Positions 1-10,395 of a stretch of 64,000 nt of DNA are shown here, in pieces. Every line of letters starts with the position of its first letter. Positions within the stretch are counted from its first letter, which is position 1. The notes under the pieces are model-generated. The model searched no databases. It was not told where the DNA came from and saw nothing but the letters and a program-made list of their open reading frames with translations. A program made the position numbers and the translations under genes. The stretch spans positions 969 to 64,968 of the forward strand of contig CACJMX010000004.1 of the NCBI GenBank assembly GCA_902594635.1, in the 5' to 3' direction. This DNA is from an uncultured Pelagibacteraceae bacterium (GTDB lineage: Bacteria > Pseudomonadota > Alphaproteobacteria > Pelagibacterales > Pelagibacteraceae).

Positions 1-1
1 T

Positions 2-142
2 AAAAAAAAAAAATCTGAGAAAGGTATTAAGATACATTTACTATCTAAAGATAAAATTAATAAGTTAATTCTTAAAAATAAATTTTGTAATGCCTCTCAT
101 ATAGCATCATTTCTTAAAGTGATAGAGGCGCCTACTAAGTAA
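2..142 (+). CDS. 3' end of a gene entering from the left; possibly a NUDIX-hydrolase C-terminus
   Basis: Open frame KKKKSEKGIKIHLLSKDKINKLILKNKFCNASHIASFLKVIEAPTK* ending at TAA 140-142. The pattern loosely resembles NUDIX C-termini; no diagnostic motif lies in the window. Confidence 0.35.
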   Translation, partial: KKKKSEKGIKIHLLSKDKINKLILKNKFCNASHIASFLKVIEAPTK

Positions 143-246
143 GTACCCCCACAAGAGAAGAATAAAATTAAAACATCTACATATTAATCAAAAATTGTTT
201 CAATTATATTGTAAAAATCTTAAGTTTATTTTAAAAAAATTTTAAA

Positions 247-1755
247 TTAATTTGAATAAATTACTCTAGGTTCTAAAAATAATTCTCTTGCTAGGGCTTT
301 AAACTTTTTTGTAACTTGTTTGGAAATTATTTCTTGATGATGAGACGGTATTTTCAAAAAAACAGAGTTACCTCTTTTATATAATTTAAATTCCTCTAAA
401 AAAATTGTTGATATTGATGTTAATGCGTGTGCAAATCTTAAAGCTGTACCTACTTGTTTACTTGAAAAGATTTCATTATTGTTCAGAAAAGTTAAATATT
501 CAATCTTAGGATTATATTTGATGCTGCAATATCTCCAGTAACATGAAAGTGCTATTTGAATTCTTTCTTTATGTGTTAGTTTAAGCAAAGGTGTATTAAG
601 AGTTTCTTGAAAAACTAATTCTGCCTTTTGAAAAGCGCCAAGTCCCCAGTCCATATGGCTTAAAACACATGCTAGGTTTAATAATTTTTTATTATAATGC
701 TCATTACCCTCAAAAACAGGCTTAATAAAATCATAATATTTTTTAAATGTTAGTCCTAAATCACCTCTTTTTTTTGCGATATGCTCAAGAGATTTATTAA
801 ACATATCTGGACTTTCAAAATCTTTAAAATGTTCTTTTACTAAAGCTCCTTCCCTCAAACCGCTTATAGAACATACAATTTTTTTAGGATTTGTTAAATT
901 TATTATCTCGTTTAAAATTATCGAACTATACGGCAAATATTGAGTTCTAGATTTTGAAATATATTCTACAGTTTTTAATTTTGACTTACTAAAGGATGAG
1001 ATTTTATCTAAAAATTTTGTTAATCTATCATTATCAATCGAATATTGATGAATAATATGAACGGGGTATTCATTCTGAAATAAATGAAGTTTAAATAAAG
1101 CTCTCCATGTACCTCCAACTAAATATAAATTTTTAAATTTTTTCTTGGATAACCATTTTTCATCAGAAAATAAATTTTTAATGTACTTTGATAAATTTCT
1201 TTTTTTAATTATTGGATTATTAATTAATCTTAAAACACCAAGGGGTAAGGAAGTTTTATTAGTGATCACATTATTTTCAACTCTAGCCAATTCTAAACTA
1301 CCTCCACCTAAATCAGCAACAAGACCATCAACGTTTTCAAAACCTATTTTTACACCCTCAGCTGCACATTCTGCTTCTTGATCACCACTAAGAATTTCTA
1401 TTTTTTTTTGAAATAATTTTTCAACCTCTTCAGTAAAAGACCTGGCATCCGAAGCTTCTCTGAGAACTGCAGTTGCTATGATTTTTAAATTTGTAATTTG
1501 TGATACATTTAAAATTTCTGAAAATCTCTTAAGTACTTTAAGAGCATATATTTTTCCAGAATGGTGCAACTTTCTAGATTTATCTAAATTTTTGCCAAGT
1601 TCACATACAGCTTTTTCGTTAAAAAAAGGAACTCTAGACGAGGTAAAATCATCATAAATTAGCATTCTAATTGAATTTGAACCTATATCAATTATAGCAA
1701 GTTTCGCTTGCTTTAACTTTAAATTTGGATTTGTTTTAAGAACTTTGAGTGTCAT
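247..1755 (-). CDS. ppx: Exopolyphosphatase (Ppx/GppA family)
   Basis: IIDIGSNSIR, ATAVLREA, DLGGGSLE and GLREG ASKHA-fold motifs; overlaps the ppk stop. Confidence 0.95.
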   Translation of the reverse strand: MTLKVLKTNPNLKLKQAKLAIIDIGSNSIRMLIYDDFTSSRVPFFNEKAVCELGKNLDKSRKLHHSGKIYALKVLKRFSEILNVSQITNLKIIATAVLREASDARSFTEEVEKLFQKKIEILSGDQEAECAAEGVKIGFENVDGLVADLGGGSLELARVENNVITNKTSLPLGVLRLINNPIIKKRNLSKYIKNLFSDEKWLSKKKFKNLYLVGGTWRALFKLHLFQNEYPVHIIHQYSIDNDRLTKFLDKISSFSKSKLKTVEYISKSRTQYLPYSSIILNEIINLTNPKKIVCSISGLREGALVKEHFKDFESPDMFNKSLEHIAKKRGDLGLTFKKYYDFIKPVFEGNEHYNKKLLNLACVLSHMDWGLGAFQKAELVFQETLNTPLLKLTHKERIQIALSCYWRYCSIKYNPKIEYLTFLNNNEIFSSKQVGTALRFAHALTSISTIFLEEFKLYKRGNSVFLKIPSHHQEIISKQVTKKFKALARELFLEPRVIYSN

Positions 1756-3895
1756 TTTTAATTAATCTCAAATTAAGTTTTTTTGGACGAATTTTTAATT
1801 TTGCTTTACCTCTACCTGACAAACTTGGATTATTCATAAAATATTCATGGGCTGAAAAAGAATCATCCTTACTATATTTAATTTTTTTATAATTTCCAGT
1901 TGGATCTAAGTGCCAACTTTGCTTGTTGTCTAAATAATTTGCTAACATTATTTGATCTAATATTTGTTCATGAACTGTTGAATTTTCAATTGGTACTAGA
2001 AGTTCAACTCTTCTATTCAAATTTCTAGGCATTAAATCAGCTGAAGAAATAAAAACTTTTGCATTTCTGTTAGGCATCTCTTTTCCATTTGCAAAACAAT
2101 ATATTCTTGAGTGTTCAAGAAATCTTCCTATCATACTTTTGACCACTATATTTTCAGATTTATCTTTTACACCCGGTCTCAAACAGCAAACTCCCCTCAC
2201 AAAAAGATAAATTTTAACACCTGCGTTTGAAGCCTCATAAAATTTATCAATGATGATTGGATCAACCAGAGAGTTCATTTTTGCCCATATTTCAGCTTTT
2301 TTTCCTTTTTTAGCGTTTGAAATTTCTATATCTATACATTTGTTAAGAGTAATTCTTAGATTTATTGGTGAAATTGATATTTTATTTAAATTTCTAGGTT
2401 TTGAATAACCTGTAACGTAATTAAAAAATTTTTCTACATCACCAGCAATTTTTTTATTGGAGCTGAATAAAGATAAGTCTGTGTAAATTTTTGCATTTAC
2501 AGGGTGATAATTTCCAGTACCTAAATGAACATAGGTTTGTATTTTACCTAGTTCTCGTCTAAGCACTAAAGAAGACTTAGCGTGTGTCTTATACTTTGCA
2601 AAACCGTAAACAATTTGAACCCCGGCTTTTTCTAAACTTCTAGCTAATTGAATATTGGCCTCTTCATCAAATCTCGCTTTAATTTCAATAAGAGCTGTGA
2701 CCGTTTTTCCATTTTCTGCAGCTGAGATAAGCGCTTTAACTATGGGTGAATCTAAAGTTGTTCTATAAAGGGTTTGTTTTATTGCAATAACTTTTTTATC
2801 ATAAGCGGCTTGATTTAAAAATTCAATTACGGCATCAAATGTTTCAAAGGGGTGATGAACAACTAAATCTTTTTGTTTTATAGTATCAAAAAAATTGTTA
2901 TTAAATTCTTTTAATCTTTCTACTTCTCGAGGATTAAAATTTTTAAATCTGAGCTTAGAGTTTTTTAACTTACATATTTGATCTATATCTTCAATACCTA
3001 CAAGTCCTTCTGTTTCGTATATATAATCTGGGTTTACTTCTAGTTTATTAGTAATAAATTTTATTAAATCTTTATTGCTGTTTTTGATTACTTCTAAACG
3101 AACTATATCTCCAATTCTTCTTCTCTTGAGTGCTAATTCAAATGATCTTACCAGATCTTCAGCCTCCTCTTGTATTTCGACGTCACTATCTCTAATAACC
3201 CTAAATATCATTTTACTCTCTAGATTGTGATCTGGAAATATTTCAGAGGAAAAAAAACTAATTATATCATCAAGAATAACATATTTTTTGTAATTTTTTC
3301 CTCCATCTATTTCTATAAATCTTGATAAAGCTTTGGGAATTACGATGATTGAATTTAATAATCTTTTTTTATTTTTTTTTTTAAGTTTCATAACCACTGC
3401 TCTGCCTTGATTTACTATGAACGGAAATGGATGTGCAGGATCAATAGCTGAAGGTGTCAGTAAAGGATATATTTCCTCATAAAAAATATTTTTTAATTTG
3501 ATTTTTTCGTTTTTGCTAAGATCTTGTGGTTTCACTAAAGTAATATAATTTTTCTTTAGTTGTGAAATTAGATTTTTGTAAATTAAGTTCTGTTTAACAA
3601 GAAGATTTTTAGTTTCTTGAACAACTTCACTCATTTGTTCTTCTGGATTTAATCCATCTGAACTTAACGACTCTACCTCTTGTTTTATCTGGCTATATAA
3701 ACCAGCAACACGAACCATAAAAAACTCATCTAAATTAGATCCAGCTATGGACAGAAATTTTACTCTTTCATATAGTGGATTATCTATATTTTGAGCTTCA
3801 AGTAACACCCTATCATTAAATTTAAGCCAAGATAATTCTCTGTTGATATATTTAGATTTTAACTCTTGTTTCTGTTGTTTTTTTAATGGAGTCAT
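1736..3895 (-). CDS. ppk1: Polyphosphate kinase 1
   Basis: NRELSWLKFNDRVL, SNLDEFFMVRVAG, HHPF, ARFDEEANI, GRFLEHSR, SADLMPRNLNRRVE. Start moved to ATG 3895 because the ORF-track start at 3928 lies inside sixA. Confidence 0.96.
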   Translation of the reverse strand: MTPLKKQQKQELKSKYINRELSWLKFNDRVLLEAQNIDNPLYERVKFLSIAGSNLDEFFMVRVAGLYSQIKQEVESLSSDGLNPEEQMSEVVQETKNLLVKQNLIYKNLISQLKKNYITLVKPQDLSKNEKIKLKNIFYEEIYPLLTPSAIDPAHPFPFIVNQGRAVVMKLKKKNKKRLLNSIIVIPKALSRFIEIDGGKNYKKYVILDDIISFFSSEIFPDHNLESKMIFRVIRDSDVEIQEEAEDLVRSFELALKRRRIGDIVRLEVIKNSNKDLIKFITNKLEVNPDYIYETEGLVGIEDIDQICKLKNSKLRFKNFNPREVERLKEFNNNFFDTIKQKDLVVHHPFETFDAVIEFLNQAAYDKKVIAIKQTLYRTTLDSPIVKALISAAENGKTVTALIEIKARFDEEANIQLARSLEKAGVQIVYGFAKYKTHAKSSLVLRRELGKIQTYVHLGTGNYHPVNAKIYTDLSLFSSNKKIAGDVEKFFNYVTGYSKPRNLNKISISPINLRITLNKCIDIEISNAKKGKKAEIWAKMNSLVDPIIIDKFYEASNAGVKIYLFVRGVCCLRPGVKDKSENIVVKSMIGRFLEHSRIYCFANGKEMPNRNAKVFISSADLMPRNLNRRVELLVPIENSTVHEQILDQIMLANYLDNKQSWHLDPTGNYKKIKYSKDDSFSAHEYFMNNPSLSGRGKAKLKIRPKKLNLRLIKNDTQSS

Positions 3896-3908
3896 ATAAT
3901 TACAAATA

Positions 3909-4433
3909 ATGTTACATTTATATGTCATGCGTCACTCAAAATCCAGTTGGAGTGATCCCAGCCTAGACGATTTTGATAGACCTTTAAGTAAAAGAGGTAA
4001 GAACAATGCTAAATTAATTTGTGAATTTTTTATTAAAAAAAATTATAAGTTTGATTATGTATTAGTTTCTAGTGCAAATAGAACAAAAAAAACTTTAAGT
4101 ATACTTTTAAAGAAAATCGCTACACCAAGAAAAATTTTTTCATCAAAGAAACTTTATTTAGCAAATGAAGATAGAATTATTGAGTTAATTAAAAAAATTC
4201 CAAAAAAATATAAATCTATTTTGTTAATTAACCATGAACCTACAGTAAGAAATTTAGTAAAAACCTTAACAAAGAACCAAAATAATAATCATTTTAAATT
4301 ACTAAATTATAAATTTCCAACCTCTGCCTTTGCCAAAATTAATTTTAATTTAATTGAATGGAAAGAAATAAAAAATAATGGATTAATTAAAGAGTTTATT
4401 AGACCAAAAGATCTTCAGGACTCTAAAGAATAA
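3909..4433 (+). CDS. sixA: SixA-type histidine phosphatase superfamily protein
   Basis: N-terminal MRHSKSSW (RHG-like), DFDRPLSKRG, SSANRT, HEP, FPTSA; 174 aa. Confidence 0.85.
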   Translation: MLHLYVMRHSKSSWSDPSLDDFDRPLSKRGKNNAKLICEFFIKKNYKFDYVLVSSANRTKKTLSILLKKIATPRKIFSSKKLYLANEDRIIELIKKIPKKYKSILLINHEPTVRNLVKTLTKNQNNNHFKLLNYKFPTSAFAKINFNLIEWKEIKNNGLIKEFIRPKDLQDSKE

Positions 4434-5098
4434 CCTGCCGATCTAACAGTTCTTATTAATGGTTTAGTTTTTTCTATATTTATAGCTTGTCTCAATCTTC
4501 TTATATGAACATCAACCGTTCGAGACTCTACATAGATATTTTCACCCCAAACATTATTTAAAAGTTGTTCTCGTGAATAAACTCTTTTAGGGTTTTTAAT
4601 AAAAAAATCTAATAATTTAAATTCAGTTGGTCCTAAGGATATTTCTTTATTATTTCTGTAGACACGTTTTGTTACTCTATCTATTTTTAAATCAGTAAAT
4701 TCCACAACGTCCACTGAAGATTGAGGTTTAGACCTTCTTAGGAGAGATTTTATTCTAGCATTAAGTTCTTTTTGACTAAACGGTTTTGTCACATAATCGT
4801 CTGCACCTGTGTCAAATGCTTTAATTTTATCTGCTTCCTCGCCTTTAGCAGTTAGCATTATTATTGGTATATCACTAAATTTTTTATCCTTCTTTAAATT
4901 TTTACAAAGATCCACTCCAGAAAGATCTGGCAGCATCCAATCCAAAAGTATTAAATCAGGTTGCTTATCTTTAATTAATTTAAGTGCTTCCTCTCCATTT
5001 TCAGAAAAACTTACCTTATGACCCTCTTTTTCTAAATTGTATTTTAGTAAAGTTACTATTGGTGTTTCATCTTCAGCAATAAAAACATGTGCTGACAT
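4415..5098 (-). CDS. phoB: Phosphate regulon response regulator PhoB
   Basis: Receiver domain (LLDWMLP, GADDYVTKPF) plus winged helix (RTVDVHIRRLR, IRTVRSAGY); follows phoU. Confidence 0.95.
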   Translation of the reverse strand: MSAHVFIAEDETPIVTLLKYNLEKEGHKVSFSENGEEALKLIKDKQPDLILLDWMLPDLSGVDLCKNLKKDKKFSDIPIIMLTAKGEEADKIKAFDTGADDYVTKPFSQKELNARIKSLLRRSKPQSSVDVVEFTDLKIDRVTKRVYRNNKEISLGPTEFKLLDFFIKNPKRVYSREQLLNNVWGENIYVESRTVDVHIRRLRQAINIEKTKPLIRTVRSAGYSLES

Positions 5099-5100
5099 TA

Positions 5101-5808
5101 TTACTTTTCTCCAGTTACTATTGGCTCTGTGCCTTTTGGTCTATCACCTTCTAAATACTCACCTTCAACTAAATAATATATTTGTTCTGCAATGTTTGTT
5201 GTGTGATCACCAATTCTCTCTATATTTTTTGTAACAAACAATAAGTGAGTTCCATCATCCAAATTGCTTTCATGTTCTTTAAGATAGTTAATTACTTCTT
5301 GCATACAAAGATTAGTTAAATCATCTATTTGCTCATCATTCTCCCAGACGTTCACAGCCATCGATGAAGATCTATCCAGATAAGCGTCTAAAACAGATTT
5401 TAATTGTTTTTGTACATTTGTGGAAACTCTCACTAAAGCTTCAACTAGATTTTTTGGTAAATTTTCATTTAATAACAGAGTTCTTTTCGAAATGTTTTTG
5501 GCTAAATCACCAATTCTCTCTAAATCAGAGGATATTTTTAGTGCTGTAACTGTTTCTCTCAAATCTACAGCCATTGGTTGTCTTAAGGCAATGAGGTTTA
5601 CAACTTGCTGTTCTATTAAAGTTTCAAATTTATCAATTTTTTCATCGTTTTTTATTACTGTTTCTGCATTTTCGCTATCACGAGTAGTTATTGCAATAAT
5701 TGCTTTTCCTAATGCCTCTTCGCATGAAACACCCATTTTTATGATATTTTTATTTAAACTTTGTAATTCTTCTTCGTAAGATTTTACTGTATGCGTTGCT
5801 TCCGACAT
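5101..5808 (-). CDS. phoU: Phosphate signalling protein PhoU
   Basis: Repeated LERIGDLAKNI / IERIGDHTTNIAE motifs; RQPMAVDLR. Confidence 0.96.
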   Translation of the reverse strand: MSEATHTVKSYEEELQSLNKNIIKMGVSCEEALGKAIIAITTRDSENAETVIKNDEKIDKFETLIEQQVVNLIALRQPMAVDLRETVTALKISSDLERIGDLAKNISKRTLLLNENLPKNLVEALVRVSTNVQKQLKSVLDAYLDRSSSMAVNVWENDEQIDDLTNLCMQEVINYLKEHESNLDDGTHLLFVTKNIERIGDHTTNIAEQIYYLVEGEYLEGDRPKGTEPIVTGEK

Positions 5809-6563
5809 TATCCGAACCTCCCTGTAATATAATCTTGCGTTTTATTATTTTCTGGATTCTTAAATATCTTATCTGTTGATCCATGTTCTATCAATTCTCC
5901 TAAGTGAAAGAAACCAGTATTTTGAGATACTCTTGCTGCTTGAGCCATAGAGTGAGTAACTATAATTATTGTATGTTCTTTCTTTAATTCATCAATTAAC
6001 TCCTCAATTTGGGCTGTTGCAATTGGGTCTAATGCTGAGCAAGGCTCGTCCATTAAGATTACCTCCGGTTGTACCGAAATAGCTCTTGCTATACATAACC
6101 GTTGTTGCTGGCCACCTGACAAACCTGTTCCAGGTTCATGAAGTCTATCTTTTACTTCTTCCCAGAGCGCAGCTTTTTTTAAACTTGTCTCAACTATTTC
6201 ATCCATTTCTTGTTTTGATTGAGCCATACCATGGATTGTAGGACCATAAGAAATATTTTCGTATAATGTTTTTGGAAATGGATTTGGTTTTTGAAAAACC
6301 ATTCCAATTTTTTCTCGCAATCTTACTACGTCACACCCTTTATCGTTTATATTAAAATCATTTATAACTATCTCTCCTTGAACCTTACATATATCGATTA
6401 CATCATTCATTCTATTTAAGCATCTTAAAAAAGTAGATTTACCACATCCCGATGGTCCAATTAAGGCTGTTACCTGATTTTCCTCTATTTCTAAATTTAT
6501 ATTAAACAAAGCTTGTTTTTTTCCATAAAAAACATCAACATTTTTTGCACTAATCTTAATCAT
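5808..6563 (-). CDS. pstB: Phosphate ABC transporter ATPase PstB
   Basis: [34 protein letters not shown]; start at ATG 6563 with GGAG upstream. Confidence 0.96.
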   Translation of the reverse strand: MIKISAKNVDVFYGKKQALFNINLEIEENQVTALIGPSGCGKSTFLRCLNRMNDVIDICKVQGEIVINDFNINDKGCDVVRLREKIGMVFQKPNPFPKTLYENISYGPTIHGMAQSKQEMDEIVETSLKKAALWEEVKDRLHEPGTGLSGGQQQRLCIARAISVQPEVILMDEPCSALDPIATAQIEELIDELKKEHTIIIVTHSMAQAARVSQNTGFFHLGELIEHGSTDKIFKNPENNKTQDYITGRFG

Positions 6564-6564
6564 A

Positions 6565-7833
6565 TTAACTCCATTTTTTTTCAAATTTATGTCTTATTAT
6601 TTGTGCGAACAAATTCATAACTATTAAAAAACCAAGTAAAACCATTATACAAGCTGAAACTTTTTCAACAAATCCCCTCTCAGCACTTTCAGCCCAAATA
6701 TAAATTTGAACAGGTAGACTTGCAGCAGGGTCCATTGGTGAGCCAGGGATAGTGTTTACAAAAGCGACCATACCAATTAATATTAATGGTGCTGTTTCAC
6801 CCAATGCTTGAGCTAATCCAATAATGGTCCCAGACAGCGTACCTGGCATTGACAGAGGTACAGTATGATGCATTGTGGTTTGCATACGACTAGCTCCCAT
6901 CGCTAGAGCTGCTTCTCTTATGCTTGGTGGCACTGCTTTTAAAGACGCTCTACAAGCAATAATAATCGTTGGCAAAGTCATCAAAGATAAGGTTATTCCT
7001 CCAACTAAAGGTGTTGACCTTGGTAATTGGAACACTGCTAATAAAATTCCCAAACCTAAAAGACCAAATACAATAGATGGTACTGCTGCTAGATTATTAA
7101 TATTTACCTCGATAAAATCTGTAAATCTATTTTTGGGGGCAAATTCTTCTAAGTATATTGCTGCTAAAACAGCCACAGGAAAAGCAATAGCTAAACAAAC
7201 TAAAATTGAAAATATAGAACCCATAAATGAACTTGCAATACCAGCTAACTCAGCTTCACGAGAGTCTGGATAAGTAAAAAAACTTAAATTAAATTTACTC
7301 TCTACTTTTCCTTGTTCTACAAGTTGATCAAAAATTTTTAATTGATAATCGGTAACTCTTCTTTGGTTTTCGGGTAGGTCTCTTGGGTAATTTCCTTTAA
7401 ATACTTGGTCCAAATCATCTGATGCAGTGATATAAACATCTTTTGTTTTTCCCAGTAAACTTGGATCATTAATCAATTCTTGTTTAATTTCTCTTTCAAA
7501 GAAATAAGAAACCATTTTTTTTAATTCATTTTGTTGTTTCTCATTTGCATTTTTATCTAAGTTAAACATTGACTGAAGTGATATTTCAAAATAATCTGCG
7601 TCTTCCAAATCTTCTTTGGACGGATTTGCATCTAAATACATAGTTTCAGCATCAAAATTAACAGGTACTATCAACCAAGTTTTTTGAAAAGCCGTATAAC
7701 CGGTTGAAAAAATTTTAAATATAAAAATTGCCAAAAACAAAAGTGCCATAAAAATTGCACTTTTACCTAAAAACTGAAATCTTTTTTCTGAGGAATATCT
7801 TTTTGCTAACAGTTTTTCTTTATTTTTATTCAT
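6565..7833 (-). CDS. pstA: Phosphate ABC transporter permease PstA
   Basis: [27 protein letters not shown]; N-terminal extension typical of alphaproteobacteria. Confidence 0.95.
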   Translation of the reverse strand: MNKNKEKLLAKRYSSEKRFQFLGKSAIFMALLFLAIFIFKIFSTGYTAFQKTWLIVPVNFDAETMYLDANPSKEDLEDADYFEISLQSMFNLDKNANEKQQNELKKMVSYFFEREIKQELINDPSLLGKTKDVYITASDDLDQVFKGNYPRDLPENQRRVTDYQLKIFDQLVEQGKVESKFNLSFFTYPDSREAELAGIASSFMGSIFSILVCLAIAFPVAVLAAIYLEEFAPKNRFTDFIEVNINNLAAVPSIVFGLLGLGILLAVFQLPRSTPLVGGITLSLMTLPTIIIACRASLKAVPPSIREAALAMGASRMQTTMHHTVPLSMPGTLSGTIIGLAQALGETAPLILIGMVAFVNTIPGSPMDPAASLPVQIYIWAESAERGFVEKVSACIMVLLGFLIVMNLFAQIIRHKFEKKWS

Positions 7834-9211
7834 ATTTTTCTCTATATTTTTTTACTACTCTTAAAGCCACAATGTTTAAACACAAAGTCACTATAAATAA
7901 TGACATTCCTAAAGCAAATGCAGCTTGCGTTTTTGGATCTCCAAATGCTTGGTCACCAATTAAAATGACGACAATTTGCGCAGTAATTGTTGAAGTAGAC
8001 TCTAATGGATTTAAAGTTAAGTTCGCAGCTAATCCAGATGCCATCACTACAATCATCGTTTCACCTATTGCTCTTGAAACACCTAATAATATTGATCCAA
8101 CAATTCCAGGTAAGGCTGCAGGAAAAATAACTTTTTTAATTGTCTCTGATTTAGTTGCACCCATGGCATAACTTCCATCTCTAAGACTTTGAGGAACACT
8201 TGTGATAACATCGTCACTAAGACTTGATATAAATGGAATAATCATAATCCCCATCACTCCACCAGCAGCAAGAGCACTCTCAGCAGATACTTCTAGCCCC
8301 ATTGCTGTTCCTATATCTTTTAAAAATGGTCCAACAGTTAAAGCTGCAAAAAAACCATAAACCACTGTTGGTATTCCAGCTAAAATTTCTATCAAAGGTT
8401 TTGCATACTGTCTTACTTTATATGATGCATATTCAGCTAAATATATTCCACTCATTAGACCAATCGGTATAGCTACACACATAGCAATGAAGGCTATAAA
8501 AAAAGTACCTGCAAAAATTGGAACTGCGCCAAAAGTATCTGAATACATTGTTGGATCTAATGCTTCAGATGAGTCTCTTACAAAAGCTTTTGCTGGATAC
8601 CAATGAGTTCCAAAAACAAAATCAAACAAAGGGATTACTTTAAAAAAATCTATTGTTTGAAATATTAATGAAAAGACAATTCCAACAGTAGTTAAAATTG
8701 CAGCTAAAGAGGCAGTGAATAGAACAGCGTTAAAAAACTTTTCTACTGGTTCTCTCGTTCGATTATTCGATGAGATTCTTTTGTATGCATAAGCTACAGA
8801 AGCAATAATAATACATAAAACTATAACAACTTTTGAGCTTTGAGCTATTGAACGAAGATTTAAATATTTTTCTGATGAAACTTGAATAAAAGATGTAACT
8901 TCTCCTGTAAATTGACCACGGGAAAGTGCTTTCGTTTTTTCATAAATTAGATTTAGTTCATCATCTAGAAAACCTTGATTTGCATAATCACTTAAAATTA
9001 GTAATTTTACGATGGTTGGTTCAAAAATTGCCCATAAGGAATAAATAATAAATGCTGGAATAGCGCACCATATAGCTAGATAGTATCCGTAGAATTGTGG
9101 GAGTGCGGTTAATCTTTTATTAGTTGATTGAATTGTGTATGCTTTTTTTCTTCCAAAATAATAACTTGTGAAGCCTAGTAAAACTATAAATATAAACAAT
9201 ATTAAATTCAA
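7826..9211 (-). CDS. pstC: Phosphate ABC transporter permease PstC
   Basis: EILAGIPTVVYG, SRAIGETM, YAMGATKSE. Confidence 0.95.
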   Translation of the reverse strand: MNLILFIFIVLLGFTSYYFGRKKAYTIQSTNKRLTALPQFYGYYLAIWCAIPAFIIYSLWAIFEPTIVKLLILSDYANQGFLDDELNLIYEKTKALSRGQFTGEVTSFIQVSSEKYLNLRSIAQSSKVVIVLCIIIASVAYAYKRISSNNRTREPVEKFFNAVLFTASLAAILTTVGIVFSLIFQTIDFFKVIPLFDFVFGTHWYPAKAFVRDSSEALDPTMYSDTFGAVPIFAGTFFIAFIAMCVAIPIGLMSGIYLAEYASYKVRQYAKPLIEILAGIPTVVYGFFAALTVGPFLKDIGTAMGLEVSAESALAAGGVMGIMIIPFISSLSDDVITSVPQSLRDGSYAMGATKSETIKKVIFPAALPGIVGSILLGVSRAIGETMIVVMASGLAANLTLNPLESTSTITAQIVVILIGDQAFGDPKTQAAFALGMSLFIVTLCLNIVALRVVKKYREKYE

Positions 9212-9244
9212 TGAAACCCCTTTACGTTGACTTTACACTTTTCT

Positions 9245-9272
9245 AAAAAAAAGGGGTCTAAAAAGACCCCTT
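9245..9272 (-). terminator. Intrinsic terminator / stabilising hairpin between pstS and pstC
   Basis: Perfect 9-bp stem AAGGGGTCT-(4 nt)-AGACCCCTT followed by a T-run on the minus strand. Confidence 0.85.
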
Positions 9273-9297
9273 AATTTCTATTTGTTAATCAAACTTA

Positions 9298-10329
9298 TTA
9301 GTCAGCCATTGCGACAAGATTTTTCGCGTTATCTCTAGTTGTTCTATACAACCCTTTATCTAACGGTACTAAACCAATGTCAGCTAAATAACCATTTTTA
9401 CCTATCGCTTTAGTTGTAGTGAATTCTTTTACAAATTCATGTAAACCAGGGATCACACCAACGTGAGCCTTTTTAACGTAGAAAAATAATGGTCTTGCAA
9501 CTGCATAGCTGTAATCTTGAATAGATTCTAAAGAAGGTTGACCACCTTCAATACTTGCAGCTTGAAGTTTATCTTTAGCAGCTAAGAAGTAACTGAAACC
9601 AAAGAAACCAAACATTTCTTTATCTTGAGTAAGTTTTTGAATAATTAAACTATCATTTTCACCTACCTCAATTGCAGCACCATCTTCTCTGTAAAGTTTT
9701 TGTGGCTTTTTATATTTTTTGTTTCCAGCTTCAAAACCTTTTTTATAAAGCGCTTTAGCTTCTTTTGGCATACCTTTTTTCATTACCAAAGAATTCCAAG
9801 CATCTCTTGTTCCAGAAGTTCCTGGAGGAATCATAACTGAAATTTTTTGTTTTGGTAAACTTGGATCTATTTGATCCCATGAAGTATAAATGTTATCAAC
9901 TAGTTTACCATCAACAACAGAGTGTTTAGCTAATGCTTTCCAAAGTTGTTCTTTTGTAAAGTTAACTGGTTCTGCATCTAAGCTGTATGCTAATGTAATA
10001 CCGTCATTACCGATTACGATTTCAACGATTTCATTAACACCATTTTTTTTACATAGAGCTTTCTCTTTATCTTTCATTGCTCTTGATGCATTTGTTATAT
10101 CTGGATGGTTCTCACCAACACCAGCACAGAACAGTTTAGCTCCTCCACCAGTACCAGTAGATTCGATTACAGGAGTTTTAAATCCCTTACTACCAAATCT
10201 TTCAGCAACAACAGTTGCATATGGGAATACTGTAGATGAACCAACTATTTTGATTTGATCTCTTGCTTGTGCAACAGTTGCAATTGTTAGTGCAACTAAT
10301 GATGCAACAATTATAGTTAGTTTTTTCAT
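9298..10329 (-). CDS. pstS: Phosphate-binding protein PstS
   Basis: Signal peptide, GSSTV, ESTGTGGG, PPGTSGTR, YAVARPLFFY; start at ATG 10329 behind an AAAGGA RBS. Confidence 0.96.
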   Translation of the reverse strand: MKKLTIIVASLVALTIATVAQARDQIKIVGSSTVFPYATVVAERFGSKGFKTPVIESTGTGGGAKLFCAGVGENHPDITNASRAMKDKEKALCKKNGVNEIVEIVIGNDGITLAYSLDAEPVNFTKEQLWKALAKHSVVDGKLVDNIYTSWDQIDPSLPKQKISVMIPPGTSGTRDAWNSLVMKKGMPKEAKALYKKGFEAGNKKYKKPQKLYREDGAAIEVGENDSLIIQKLTQDKEMFGFFGFSYFLAAKDKLQAASIEGGQPSLESIQDYSYAVARPLFFYVKKAHVGVIPGLHEFVKEFTTTKAIGKNGYLADIGLVPLDKGLYRTTRDNAKNLVAMAD

Positions 10330-10395
10330 TATCTTTAATCCTTTCATTAATTAATTAAAAGATGAGTGACTCGTACAAATTCATTGAATCTTTAA

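Noticed and set aside
119-160. GATAGAGGCGC...AAGTA resembles the 5' start of a lysine riboswitch
   Set aside because: The downstream ~170 nt lacks the complementary GC-rich stems, and no plus-strand lysine gene follows
9253-9270. GGGGTCT/AGACCCC shared between the pstS terminator and the XRE gene flanks as a dispersed repeat family
   Set aside because: Only 7-8 bp shared with no further similarity; explained by independent hairpin and RBS sequences
5420-10258. Plus-strand ORFs of 119-138 aa antisense to phoU, pstA, pstC and pstS (5420, 6875, 7755, 9890)
   Set aside because: Shadow ORFs opposite well-conserved genes, with no RBS or recognisable motifs; the same applies to the other short antisense ORFs in the track
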